A program made the position numbers and the translations under genes. Shown here in pieces: positions 19,143-28,410 of a DNA stretch of 64,000 nucleotides. A model generated the notes under the pieces. The model was not told the DNA's origin, made no database searches, and saw nothing but the letters and a program-made list of their open reading frames with translations. Source of the DNA: an uncultured Nitrospiraceae bacterium (GTDB taxonomy: Bacteria > Nitrospirota > Thermodesulfovibrionia > Thermodesulfovibrionales > UBA6898); NCBI GenBank assembly GCA_963811165.1, contig CAWEQH010000008.1, forward strand, positions 416,001 to 480,000. The letters run 5' to 3'. The stretch's first letter is position 1; each line of letters opens with the position of its first letter.

Positions 19143-21773
19143 TCAGTTTCTTGATGAAGGATTGGGGCCCTTCACGTAACGGTTATATACGTACCTCTTT
19201 TCGTCCTCTTCGGTCTTGAGGTTCCCCCTCAGTCTTTCGTCCAAAAGTTCCGTGAGTATCCTTGAATAAAGCGGTCCCTGAGGGATCCCGAGTTTCTTCA
19301 GGTCCCGGCCCTTCAGAAACGGCTTCGTCTTTCTCAGTTCGACGAGGAACTGGGATATCTCCTTTTTCTTACGCGTATCTTTCGTCATGGCCATAGAAAA
19401 GAGTATTGTCTCGATCTCCCTGGGCAACATGAGATGGTAGAGACGAACAGGATCGTTCAGCGGAAGCTTCCCGCGTATCTCCGCGGATCCCGCAATGCTC
19501 TTTTGGATGGTCTCCTGCATTTGAGGGGGCGGGGCCAGCCTCCGGAGGGCCTCTGTCCTTTGAGCGTCGTCGAGGTTCGAAAGGAGGGTGATGAGGTAGA
19601 GGACCCCTTTGTCCACTTTTTCGTCCAGGAACAGGAGGGCATACCATGCGAGGGTCTCATACATCGAAGAGAGGGCCGACTCGAGTTTCTCGTCGAAGAC
19701 CAGGTCCTTCTGTATGACCTTCAGGAGACCGTAGTCGGAAAGCCTCTTGAGGGTTTTTACAGGGTTCGTCTCGCTGAAGGCGATGACGAGTTCGTCGAAG
19801 AGTCTCGACCCCGAGAGCCGCTCAAACAGGTTCATCTGGATTGCGGACTTGATCAGGTTTTCGGAATGCCTGCTGAGTTTAAACCCGAACCTCTCTGAAA
19901 AACGCACTGCGCGGAAGGCCCTTGTCGGGTCCTCGACGTAACTGAGGTTATGGAGGACCCTTATCGTCTTTTCCCTGAGGTCTCGCTGCCCCCCGAAGAA
20001 ATCTATCAGCAGGCCGAAGTCCCTGGCGTTGAGTTTTATCGCGAGGGTGTTGATCGTGAAGTCCCTCCGGTAAAGGTCTTTCTTGATCGAAGACATCTCG
20101 ACCTTGGGAAGCGCTGCAGGCGATTCGTAATACTCTGTCCTGGCGGTGGCGACGTCAAGCTTGAGATCGTCAAGGATGATGTTGGCGGTGCCGAACCGGT
20201 GGTGGACCCTGGCCTTCGCCTGTAACCGCTCTGCAAGCTCCTTTGCGAAACGGATGCCGTCTCCTTCGATTACGAGGTCTATGTCGAGGTTCGCCTGCCC
20301 CAGGAGAAGGTCCCTTACCGACCCGCCAACAAGATAGGCGTTGGCCCCCATCTCCTCGGCCACCTTTCCGGCAAGCACGAGGATCCGGTGCACTTCATCG
20401 GGGAAGCGCTCCCTGAGCCATGTTGAAAGGTTCCTGCCTGTCTGGGACCTCTCGTGAGTGCCTTCCTTGTCAAGATGCTTCTTTCTCAGGAAGTCCTCGT
20501 AGATCACCCTCAGGAGGTCTGTTCTGGTTATGGCGCCGATGATGTTTTCCGCCTCTATCACAGGCATAAACCTCTGGTTCTGCTCTATCATGATCGTCTC
20601 GATGTCCCTGATAGGTGTCTCTCTGCCGACGGTTATCGAATCGGAGGTGGAAAACTCTATACATTTGTTCTTCTTAAAACCGTGGAAGAGGGCCTTCTCG
20701 ACGATCTCCCGGGAGATCAACCCCGCGTATCCGCCGTCTCTGAGTATAGGCAGCACATTGACCCCGTATCTGGTCATCGTGTCGGCCGCCTCTCTGATGG
20801 TGCTGTCCCATTGCGTGGTGATGACGGGGCTTGTCATGACGTCGGAGGCGACTTTGCCGGGCTTGATGTGTCTGTCGAGGAGCGCTCCGACCTTCTCGGC
20901 CGCTATCTCTAAGGAGGCCTCCTTTATCGTTGCAGACGCTGCGGTCGGGTGTCCGCCCCCGCCGAATTCCTTCATCAGCTCTGCCACATCAAGCTCCGGC
21001 GCCCTTGATCGGGCCACCAGCAGTATCTTGCCTTCCATCTCAAGGATGACGACCACGGCGTCGATATCTTCCATCTCCATTACCCTGTGGGCCAGATGGG
21101 CGGCGTCGCCGACGTAGGACTCCCTCGATGCCTTGGCAACCAGGACCCTCAGCCCTCTTAGGACGATCTCAGTCGACGACGTGACGAGTTCGTTGAGGAG
21201 GTCCAGTTCCTGTCTGTTGAGGTCCATCTTGATATAGCTTGATACGATGTTCAGGTTTGCGCCCCTTGTCAAAAGATACGCCGATGCAAGCATGTCTCTT
21301 GGGGTCGTTGTCGGAAAAAGAAGGGAACCTGTTTCCTCGTATATGCCCAAGGCCAAGACGGTGGCCTCCATGGCCGTAGGATGGATCTTCCCTTCCTTGA
21401 GCAGTTCCACAAATATCGTCGCGGTGGCGCCGACCTCTTCGACCTTCTCCTGGTCGCCACGTATGTCGTTTTCCCCGAAAGGGTGGTGGTCGTAGATATG
21501 GACTTTCATCTCCTTTCGGGAAAGCAGCGCCGCAAGGGGCCCGAGCCTGTCGGCACGTTTTGCATCGACGATGATAAGGTGGGTGACCTTTGTAAGGTCC
21601 ACGTCCCTGAGGCGCCTGATGTCTGCAGGGTGGAATACTTCGAGGAAGTCCCTCACCTTTCGTTCCTGGGAGCCAGGGAAGACCATTTCCGCGTCGGGGT
21701 ATAGCTTCTTGGCGGCCATCATCGAGGCCAGGGCATCGAAGTCTGCGTTTATGTGGGACGTGATGATTTTCAC
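19143..21773 (-). CDS. DHH-DHHA1-CBS tRNA nucleotidyltransferase (CCA- or A-adding, poly(A) polymerase family)
   Basis: SHINADFDALAS, YDHH, GGGGH, CBS pair, LVGGSVRD, DIDLV, DVATARTEYY, DLYRRDFTIN and EDPTR motifs. Confidence 0.9.
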   Translation of the reverse strand: MKIITSHINADFDALASMMAAKKLYPDAEMVFPGSQERKVRDFLEVFHPADIRRLRDVDLTKVTHLIIVDAKRADRLGPLAALLSRKEMKVHIYDHHPFGENDIRGDQEKVEEVGATATIFVELLKEGKIHPTAMEATVLALGIYEETGSLLFPTTTPRDMLASAYLLTRGANLNIVSSYIKMDLNRQELDLLNELVTSSTEIVLRGLRVLVAKASRESYVGDAAHLAHRVMEMEDIDAVVVILEMEGKILLVARSRAPELDVAELMKEFGGGGHPTAASATIKEASLEIAAEKVGALLDRHIKPGKVASDVMTSPVITTQWDSTIREAADTMTRYGVNVLPILRDGGYAGLISREIVEKALFHGFKKNKCIEFSTSDSITVGRETPIRDIETIMIEQNQRFMPVIEAENIIGAITRTDLLRVIYEDFLRKKHLDKEGTHERSQTGRNLSTWLRERFPDEVHRILVLAGKVAEEMGANAYLVGGSVRDLLLGQANLDIDLVIEGDGIRFAKELAERLQAKARVHHRFGTANIILDDLKLDVATARTEYYESPAALPKVEMSSIKKDLYRRDFTINTLAIKLNARDFGLLIDFFGGQRDLREKTIRVLHNLSYVEDPTRAFRAVRFSERFGFKLSRHSENLIKSAIQMNLFERLSGSRLFDELVIAFSETNPVKTLKRLSDYGLLKVIQKDLVFDEKLESALSSMYETLAWYALLFLDEKVDKGVLYLITLLSNLDDAQRTEALRRLAPPPQMQETIQKSIAGSAEIRGKLPLNDPVRLYHLMLPREIETILFSMAMTKDTRKKKEISQFLVELRKTKPFLKGRDLKKLGIPQGPLYSRILTELLDERLRGNLKTEEDEKRYVYNRYVKGPNPSSRN

Positions 21774-21847
21774 AGGATCTCCCCGTGCATACCCGGCTAG
21801 TGGCCCTGCATGCCCGGCCTATCGTAAATTGTACCCTGCATGCCCGG

Positions 21848-23287
21848 CTACTTTCTGAAAGTCGCTACTCTGTTTCTGCCGCTGTTTTTGGCGACAAAGA
21901 GGGCCTGGTCGGCGAATGAGATGAGATCGTCGTGGGTCCTGATCCGGTCGTGGGGAGATGCCGCGACCCCTAAACTTATGGTGAGCCCTTCCTTTTTTTT
22001 GAGGTACCTGAAGGCATGGGTTTCGACTATTTTCCTTATCCTCTCGGCCTCGGACATCGCGCCATCGTGAGAGGTCTGCGGCAGGAGGATAATGAACTCT
22101 TCCCCGCCGTAGCGGGCAAGCACGTCGCTCTTTCGGGATTGCTTCTTCAGGAGCTGTGCGAATTCCTTGAGGACCTGGTCGCCTGCTTTATGTCCGAACC
22201 TGTCGTTGATCTTTTTGAAGTGGTCGATGTCGAGCATGAGGCAGCTTATGGGAACGGCATATCTCTGAGAACGGCTGAATTCCTCGATGATCCGGTGGTA
22301 GAAATATCTGATGTTATATATCCCCGTGAGGAAATCCGTCAGGGACAATTTTTCGAGCCGTGACTTTTCGTCCTCGACCTGCTCAAAGAGAAAGGCGTTG
22401 TTAAGGGCGTTTGCCGATGCGTTTGCTACTGTGTTGAGGAGCCTGATCTCGCTTTCATTGAAGGCATGTTCGGCCCTCGATGTCCGGAGGAATAGCGTCC
22501 CTATCACGTTGTCCCTGAACAGTATCGGGATGACGAGGATCGAGCGTATGCCAAGCGGCGAGATGATATGTTTTACGCTTTTCATAAGCGGGTCCGTCTC
22601 TATGTTTTTTATCTCTACGGGCCTCCTTGAGGTGAGGGCCTCGACGATCTCCGGGTATTTCCTGAGATTCAGCTTTATCCCTGATACGCGGGGGTCCTCG
22701 AAGCTTGCGACGACGAACGCGGAGGTGTGGGTCCAGTCGACCCTTATTACGGAGCAGCGGGTCACCGGCATAATTTCCGCGATTTTTGAGACGATCTTAA
22801 ACAGGAGTTCCTTCGGATCAAGGGTTGAAGAGAGGAGTTGGGTCAGGGTCTGGACCGCCTCGAGTTCCTTTACCTCCCTGCCCAGGTTTTCGATCATTTC
22901 CCTTTCGAGGATGACCGATTCAAGTTTGCTTTGAAGGTCCTTTTCAATATAAGGTCTGTAAAGATAAGCCCTGACGTTGTGGGCTATGGCGTTCTCTATG
23001 CCCTTCTTGGCGTTGCCCGCAATGATCGATATCGAGGGGAGCCCCGCCGTCGCGGCCGCAACCGCGCCGAGAAGGGAACCTTCAACGATAACGACAGACG
23101 GAGGGCTCTTTCGTACGTAATCGAGGAAGGCGTCGGGTTTTTCGAAATAACGCGGCTTATAGGTCTTGTAGTTACCGAAAAAGGTCTTCAAAAAATCGAG
23201 GGTACCGCTGCTTCGTGCGAGTATGACAGCTGTTTCTTTCTGTTTCATCCCCTCTTTCTCCCTCTTTGACGTATGATAGTTTCTCAT
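21848..23287 (-). CDS. Diguanylate cyclase (degenerate REC, GAF, GGDEF)
   Basis: DIDHFKKINDRFGHKAGD, I-site RKSD and GGEEF; GAF segment LGIRSILVIPI. Confidence 0.92.
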   Translation of the reverse strand: MRNYHTSKREKEGMKQKETAVILARSSGTLDFLKTFFGNYKTYKPRYFEKPDAFLDYVRKSPPSVVIVEGSLLGAVAAATAGLPSISIIAGNAKKGIENAIAHNVRAYLYRPYIEKDLQSKLESVILEREMIENLGREVKELEAVQTLTQLLSSTLDPKELLFKIVSKIAEIMPVTRCSVIRVDWTHTSAFVVASFEDPRVSGIKLNLRKYPEIVEALTSRRPVEIKNIETDPLMKSVKHIISPLGIRSILVIPILFRDNVIGTLFLRTSRAEHAFNESEIRLLNTVANASANALNNAFLFEQVEDEKSRLEKLSLTDFLTGIYNIRYFYHRIIEEFSRSQRYAVPISCLMLDIDHFKKINDRFGHKAGDQVLKEFAQLLKKQSRKSDVLARYGGEEFIILLPQTSHDGAMSEAERIRKIVETHAFRYLKKKEGLTISLGVAASPHDRIRTHDDLISFADQALFVAKNSGRNRVATFRK

Positions 23288-23351
23288 ATTATTGGCATTT
23301 CCGCACTAAGAGTCAATCTTCGCAACCGGTTTATCCATTGAGACCGCAGGC

Positions 23352-23376
23352 GTGGGGGCGCGATTAATCACGCCCT
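23352..23376 (+). repeat. GTAG-type REP-like palindrome (family A)
   Basis: GTGGGGGCGCGATTAATCACGCCCT; similar to 35685-35710. Confidence 0.6.
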
Positions 23377-23420
23377 TCCAATTCTGATGCCTTCCTCATG
23401 CAAAGTCGCAGATCGTTCGT

Positions 23421-23449
23421 TTGACACCCGACCGCCGATTTCATATACT
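23421..23449 (+). promoter_or_regulatory. sigma70 promoter, probably giving a leaderless mRNA
   Basis: TTGACA, 17 nt, TATACT, ending 6 nt before ATG 23456; no SD. Confidence 0.6.
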
Positions 23450-23455
23450 TCAACT

Positions 23456-23872
23456 ATGCTTAGGATCGCGGTGATAGACGGCCAGGGAGGCGGCATAGGC
23501 AATCTTATCGTCAAGAGGCTCAGGGAGGAATTCAAGGACACGGTCGAGATAATCGCCCTCGGCACCAACGCGGCAGCGACTACGTCGATGATGAAATCCA
23601 GGGCGAACAAGGGCGCCACGGGGGAAAATGCGATCGTCTGGAATTCCGAACGTGTCGACGTGATCGTCGGCCCCCTCAGCGTGGCCCTGCCCGATGCGAT
23701 GCTCGGGGAGGTGACCGCGAAGATGGCCTCGGCCGTCGTGTCGTCCAAGGCCAGAACGATCCTCCTTCCTTTAAACCAGGAGGAGATCGAGATTGCGGGG
23801 GTGGACAAAGAGCCGCTCCCCCATTTGATAGAACATATGATCGCAAGCATAAAGGAGACAGAACATGTGTGA
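23456..23872 (+). CDS. DUF3842 family protein
   Basis: MLRIAVIDGQGGGIG...ALGTNAAATTSM...GATGENAIV...MLGEVT signature. Confidence 0.88.
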   Translation: MLRIAVIDGQGGGIGNLIVKRLREEFKDTVEIIALGTNAAATTSMMKSRANKGATGENAIVWNSERVDVIVGPLSVALPDAMLGEVTAKMASAVVSSKARTILLPLNQEEIEIAGVDKEPLPHLIEHMIASIKETEHV

Positions 23873-24053
23873 GGCAAACGCGTATATTAGCAGGGACGGC
23901 AACGAGGAACTCTATCTGGAAAACGTGGACGTGATGAGGCCGGAGGAGGGGAAGATCTTTCTTAAGAACCTGTTTGGCGAACAGAAGGTCTTTGAAGGGC
24001 AGATAAAGGAGATCTCGCTTCTCAGGCACAGGATAGTGCTAGAAAAAAAGTGA
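23865..24053 (+). CDS. CooT family nickel-binding protein
   Basis: 62 aa; MCEANAY...LKNLFGEQK...H-x-I-V pattern with Cys2. Confidence 0.85.
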   Translation: MCEANAYISRDGNEELYLENVDVMRPEEGKIFLKNLFGEQKVFEGQIKEISLLRHRIVLEKK

Positions 24054-24106
24054 GCCGGGGCCGATGTAGTGCCTCCCGCAAGGGGTGAGGCAATGCAGGG
24101 CCGCCG

Positions 24107-24670
24107 ATGTCGGGGAATGGGATGGATATGAATGATCTGATAAAGTGCATTTTTGATAAAATGCCCGCCGGGGTGATCGTCCTTGACAAACGTCTGCAGG
24201 TCATCTTGTCCAATAAATGGGCGGTCCTCTTTATGAAGCGCTATCCTCTCCCCGATGAAATTACCGACCTCGGCAGAAGGATCTTCGATGCAATCAAGAC
24301 TTCCCGGCTTGGTGAGCTGTTCCCGGGCGAGATCTATTTCTATAAAAAGATCGAAGGCTCCCCGAGCAAGTGGACTTTCAAGTTCGACGTCTGTGAGTGT
24401 CCCGAGACTCTGGTGAGCGTTTTTATCACCGAGGAGTCTATTTCGAATAAGATCGATTTGCTTAAGGTGAGGCGCCATTTCAAACTGACACGCAGGGAGA
24501 CGGACGTCCTCAGACGCGTGCTTAACGGTTTTAAAAATACCGACATTGCAGAGGACCTCGATATAACAGAGCAGACCGTGAAAGACCATCTAAGCAACAT
24601 CTACATGAAACTCGGGGTTGAAAACAGGTTTGGGCTTGCCCAGTTCCTGCTGAATTTCCCTGAATCCTGA
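24107..24670 (+). CDS. LuxR-family HTH regulator with a PAS-like N-terminus
   Basis: LTRRETDVLRRVLNGFKNTDIAEDLDITEQTVKDHLSNIYMKLGV. Confidence 0.88.
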   Translation: MSGNGMDMNDLIKCIFDKMPAGVIVLDKRLQVILSNKWAVLFMKRYPLPDEITDLGRRIFDAIKTSRLGELFPGEIYFYKKIEGSPSKWTFKFDVCECPETLVSVFITEESISNKIDLLKVRRHFKLTRRETDVLRRVLNGFKNTDIAEDLDITEQTVKDHLSNIYMKLGVENRFGLAQFLLNFPES

Positions 24671-24733
24671 AAAGGCAACCGAGGAAAAGACAAGGGCCTG
24701 TAAATCGGTGTGAATGTGTCTAAAAACAAAGGG

Positions 24734-25525
24734 ATGATAGATATCCACTGCCATATCCTCCCTGGCATGGATGACGGCCCCGGGTCTCTTCGTGAGGCCC
24801 TCGATATGTGCCGCGCTGCGGCTGCGGACGGCATAAAGACGATAGTCGCCACCCCGCACTTTAAGCACGGCACGTACGAATTCACGGACCGGATGGTCCT
24901 CGATTCGGTAAATATCCTTCAGACTGCGGCAAGGGGCGAGGGGCTCGACCTGCGCATCCTGGCGGGCGCCGAGATCTCTGTCTCCCCGGAGATGCCGGCT
25001 TATCTTACAAGGGGGAGGCATCTGACGATAAATAATAACGGCAGATATTTCCTCGCCGAGTTCCCGCCGCTTTCCGTCCCCCCAAACTGGGAAGGGTTCC
25101 TGCTCTCTCTTATATCTTTAGGCTTTGTGCCGATAATCGCCCATCCCGAGAGAAACGACTGGTTTATGAACCATCCTGATACACTTGTTTCCGCGGTAGA
25201 CCGGGGCCTAATGGTCCAGATCACTGCGATGAGCATCGTAGGCGGTTTCGGCCTTGAAGTGAGGGATTTTAGCGATTATCTCCTCACGCATAACCTTGTC
25301 CACGCGATAGCATCCGACGCACACTCGCCGGACTTCAGGCGGCCGGCATTGTCCGAGGCGGTGCGCATCACCGCAGACCTTGTCGGCGCGGAAAGGGCAG
25401 AGGCGCTGGTAACTACCGTCCCCGAGGCGATCATCACAGGCAGAGATATTCCGGCCCTGGGACCTGTCGGATATGCGCCCCCCGAGACGCAAAAAAGAAA
25501 GTGGTTCACGAGATTGTTTCGGTGA
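24734..25525 (+). CDS. CpsB/CapC-type PHP tyrosine-protein phosphatase
   Basis: MIDIHCHILPGMDDG, ATPH, AHPERN and ASDAH motifs. Confidence 0.9.
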   Translation: MIDIHCHILPGMDDGPGSLREALDMCRAAAADGIKTIVATPHFKHGTYEFTDRMVLDSVNILQTAARGEGLDLRILAGAEISVSPEMPAYLTRGRHLTINNNGRYFLAEFPPLSVPPNWEGFLLSLISLGFVPIIAHPERNDWFMNHPDTLVSAVDRGLMVQITAMSIVGGFGLEVRDFSDYLLTHNLVHAIASDAHSPDFRRPALSEAVRITADLVGAERAEALVTTVPEAIITGRDIPALGPVGYAPPETQKRKWFTRLFR

Positions 25526-25602
25526 GGGAAACGAGACGTAGGCTGGCAAGCCGGTCTGAGGATTGCTTCATGTTCGATAAGAGTATGGTAAAGGCATAAT
25601 AA

Positions 25603-27093
25603 GTGACCAGGCCCCTCTTTCAAAAAAGAAGTCTGATATGCCTCCTCCTTCTCGCCGTCTTTTCGCTTTCCTCCCCCTTGACTTTCGCCGCCGTGCCGAG
25701 GAAATTGCCGCTTAGGATCATTATCGTCAGGGGCCCTTCCGAGGCCAAAGACATTCTCTCAAAGCTCCATAAGGGCGCCTCCTTTGCGAAGCTGGCCTCT
25801 GAGAGGTCCCGCGACAAACGCAGCGGAAAGAGCGGGGACTTAGGGACAGTCGATATCTCGCGCCTCGAGCCGCCTTTAAGGAAGGCGGTGGCCACGATGA
25901 ACGAAGGCGACATAAGCGGTGCGATAAGACTTGGGAAGAACAAGTATGCGATCGTCCAGGTGATGGACTTCTCCCATTACAGAAAAGGCGCGGCCGCCTT
26001 TAGGGCGGGGGACTTTGACTCTGCCCGGGCAGACCTCCGGGAGCATATACGACAGAACCCCGATGCGGCAAAGGCGAGGATCATGCTGGGGGAGATCTAT
26101 GAGCAGAACAAGGATTTCGATAAGGCCGAGGCCGAATATAAAGATGTCATTTCCTACGACCCTAAGAGCTGGATCGCCTATGTGCGTCTTGGGAAACTCT
26201 ATATGCAAAATGCCCAATACCAAAAGGCCAGGGACATTTACGCCCAGGGCCTGAAGTATATCCCGAAGGCGGAAGGTTTCAGGACGGGAATGAAAGAGGC
26301 CGAGGCGCGTCTTGCCGGGGCCCCCGAGCCTGGGGCCGAAGCGCAGCCGGCGGCAACCCCGCCCGTGCCGCAGGCGGAGGCAAAGGCCTCACCCGCCGCA
26401 AAGCCCGACCGTACGCCTCTGCATAGGCCCGGCGACGAGAGGATCATGCATTTGAGGATGATTGTCCTTGGCAGTGAGGCCGCTGCGGAAGAGGTCCTTT
26501 CGGACTTAAAAAAAGGGAGGTCCTTCGTTTCGGTCGTCCGGGAAAAATCCATCGATGAAAAGAACCGGGCTGAGTGGGGGTATTTAGGCGAGGTGAATCT
26601 TGCCTCCCTGGACGGGCCGATAAGGGAAGCCGTTCGTAATCTGAAGGTCGGGCAGACGAGCCGGCCGATAGAACTCGACGAAGGGCGTTACGCGATCTTT
26701 CAGTCGACCGATTACCATTTCTTTAAGGAGGGGGAGAATGCGTTTATCGGTGAGGATTTCAAGACCGCGGAAAAGAAATTGCTTAAGCACCTCGAACTAA
26801 ACGAAGACGATGCCGGGGCCTATCTCATGTTAGGCCACATCTATGAGGACCGAAGAAGACTTCAAAAGGCCGAAGAGATGTATAAAAAAGGCATTTTATA
26901 TCACCCAAGGACGGCCCTTCTCTACCTGAGGTTGGGCAAGCTCTATCAGATGCAGAGGCAGTTTCAGAAGTCAAAGGACATATTGGTTGAGGGCTTTAGA
27001 AATGTGCCCACTTCCGAGATGTTGGCAAAAGGCATCGAGATGGTAGACATCCTTTTGTTCAACGAAAGCCGGGAAAGCGGGAAAAAGCAGTAA
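25603..27093 (+). CDS. Secreted protein with a duplicated parvulin (PPIase)-like plus TPR module
   Basis: Two copies of a GxSF...GxLG.V rotamase-like segment, each followed by TPR helices, joined by a Pro/Ala linker. Confidence 0.75.
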   Translation: MTRPLFQKRSLICLLLLAVFSLSSPLTFAAVPRKLPLRIIIVRGPSEAKDILSKLHKGASFAKLASERSRDKRSGKSGDLGTVDISRLEPPLRKAVATMNEGDISGAIRLGKNKYAIVQVMDFSHYRKGAAAFRAGDFDSARADLREHIRQNPDAAKARIMLGEIYEQNKDFDKAEAEYKDVISYDPKSWIAYVRLGKLYMQNAQYQKARDIYAQGLKYIPKAEGFRTGMKEAEARLAGAPEPGAEAQPAATPPVPQAEAKASPAAKPDRTPLHRPGDERIMHLRMIVLGSEAAAEEVLSDLKKGRSFVSVVREKSIDEKNRAEWGYLGEVNLASLDGPIREAVRNLKVGQTSRPIELDEGRYAIFQSTDYHFFKEGENAFIGEDFKTAEKKLLKHLELNEDDAGAYLMLGHIYEDRRRLQKAEEMYKKGILYHPRTALLYLRLGKLYQMQRQFQKSKDILVEGFRNVPTSEMLAKGIEMVDILLFNESRESGKKQ

Positions 27094-27185
27094 CAAAGAA
27101 GATGCCGGGTCTGCCCGGCATCGGACGCGAAACACCTCACTGTTACGCCCTGATCATATCTCGGATTGAAGCCGGATGAGAAAAG

Positions 27186-27214
27186 TTGCATCAACAGAAA
27201 AAATTGAGTATTAT
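27186..27214 (+). promoter_or_regulatory. sigma70 promoter of tRNA-Sec
   Basis: TTGCAT, 17 nt, TATTAT upstream of the tRNA. Confidence 0.55.
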
Positions 27215-27232
27215 CGAAGTACTCGTCTTTAG

Positions 27233-27330
27233 GGGAGTGCATCGGGTTCTGGTGTCCCGCCCGGCCTTCAAAGCCGGTGTTTCCTGCCAAAAGCGGGAAG
27301 GGTGGGTTCGATTCCCACACGCTCCCGCCA
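27233..27330 (+). tRNA. selC: tRNA-Sec (anticodon UCA)
   Basis: Anticodon arm CCGGC-CTTCAAA-GCCGG (TCA at 27268-70), long variable arm, T arm GTGGG-TTCGATT-CCCAC, extended acceptor stem and encoded GCCA end. Confidence 0.93.
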
Positions 27331-27338
27331 AAATATTT

Positions 27339-27620
27339 TCATCCCAGCCTAATGCTCAACTTCTTTCCGAGCACAAGCGCAGCCTTCTCCAAAGTATTTA
27401 ACGTGACCGAGACATTTTCCGGATCCAGCAGCCTGTTCGCGGCCGTACGACTTGTCCGCATCCGATTTGCCATCTCAACCTTGGTAAACCCTTTTCTCAT
27501 CATTTCCTTTTCAATCTGGAAAGAAAGCACACGTTTCGCTGCGACTGCCCGCGCCCCCGCGAGCATGTCCTGCTCCCTAAGATAATCATCAGAATCGCTA
27601 CCGAGATGTTTGTTTTTCAT
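27339..27620 (-). CDS. XRE-family HTH protein (type II antitoxin-like)
   Basis: MKNKHLGSDSDDYLRE...TKVEMANRMRTSR...RLLDPEN.SVTLNTLEKAA.VLGKKL; SD GGAGG before ATG 27620. Confidence 0.85.
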   Translation of the reverse strand: MKNKHLGSDSDDYLREQDMLAGARAVAAKRVLSFQIEKEMMRKGFTKVEMANRMRTSRTAANRLLDPENVSVTLNTLEKAALVLGKKLSIRLG

Positions 27621-27769
27621 GTTAACCTCCAAGGACATTCCTCAATCTCCGCTTGACCACACATTTCACGTTGAAAGAAGAATCAGAAATTTTGGAAATT
27701 CTAAAATATGCTGAATGAAAGATGAGTTTGACGACAGGGAATGGAAGTGCTATAAGGTAATTAAGAGGG

Positions 27770-27852
27770 AATACCGATAAAGCCAAACCTCCGTGAGAAG
27801 GGGACAGAAAGCAGGGGTATGAGAAGAAGATGGCCAGACTGCCGAGGGATGA
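27770..27852 (+). ncRNA. Cyclic di-GMP-I (GEMM-I)-like riboswitch, somewhat degenerate
   Basis: AAAGCCAAACC-TCC-GTGA-GAAGG-GGACAGAAAGC...GATGGCCAGACTGCCGA follows the GEMM-I layout. It lies between a TTGACG-17-TATAAG promoter (27728-56) and ATG 27898. Confidence 0.65.
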
Positions 27853-27897
27853 AATATCGGCATCCTCTTCTTCTCTGGCAATAGAGAACGTGATTTT

Positions 27898-28365
27898 ATG
27901 AAAAAAAAATTCCTCATTTTTTCTTTATTCTTCGCTTTTATAACTGGTTGTGCTGCACAGACCATTGATAGAGGCATCTCGCTGACTGGGCATGAACCAT
28001 TTGAAGTAGCACCTGTCTTAGATGAAACGGGAAAGACATTTAATATTGATGTTGCTGCCGAGTTAACCAGGCACATACAGTCATCATTATCAGAAAGAGG
28101 ATTTAGTGTGACGGACACATCGGAAAATGCAATTATTGTAAAGAGCAGCTTAATCTCATATGATACAGGAAGCACTGGGGCCTATTGCATGGTCAAAAGC
28201 AAATTGATTGACAAAATAACTCAGAAAGTCTTGAGTGAAATTGTGACTACCAAGAGGATATCTGTCGGAGGACTGTCGTCAATAGGGTTGGACATCGATC
28301 ATGCAATTTTAGAGGAGGTCGCTAATGATATTGTCTTTGAAGTTGAGAGAAGAAGTAACAGGTGA
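27898..28365 (+). CDS. Lipoprotein of unknown function
   Basis: Lipobox ITGC after a hydrophobic signal peptide. Confidence 0.7.
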   Translation: MKKKFLIFSLFFAFITGCAAQTIDRGISLTGHEPFEVAPVLDETGKTFNIDVAAELTRHIQSSLSERGFSVTDTSENAIIVKSSLISYDTGSTGAYCMVKSKLIDKITQKVLSEIVTTKRISVGGLSSIGLDIDHAILEEVANDIVFEVERRSNR

Positions 28366-28410
28366 ATGACTGATCGACATGGTAATTTTCTGGCTCGTTT
28401 TTAATTCGAC

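Noticed and set aside
21848..22400. Hypr-type (cGAMP-making) GGDEF enzyme
   Set aside because: The substrate-specifying Asp in GHKAGD is retained, as in ordinary diguanylate cyclases.
27101..27122. Hairpin GATGCCGGG-TCTG-CCCGGCATC as a plus-strand intrinsic terminator
   Set aside because: No U-tract follows on the plus strand, so its function is unclear.
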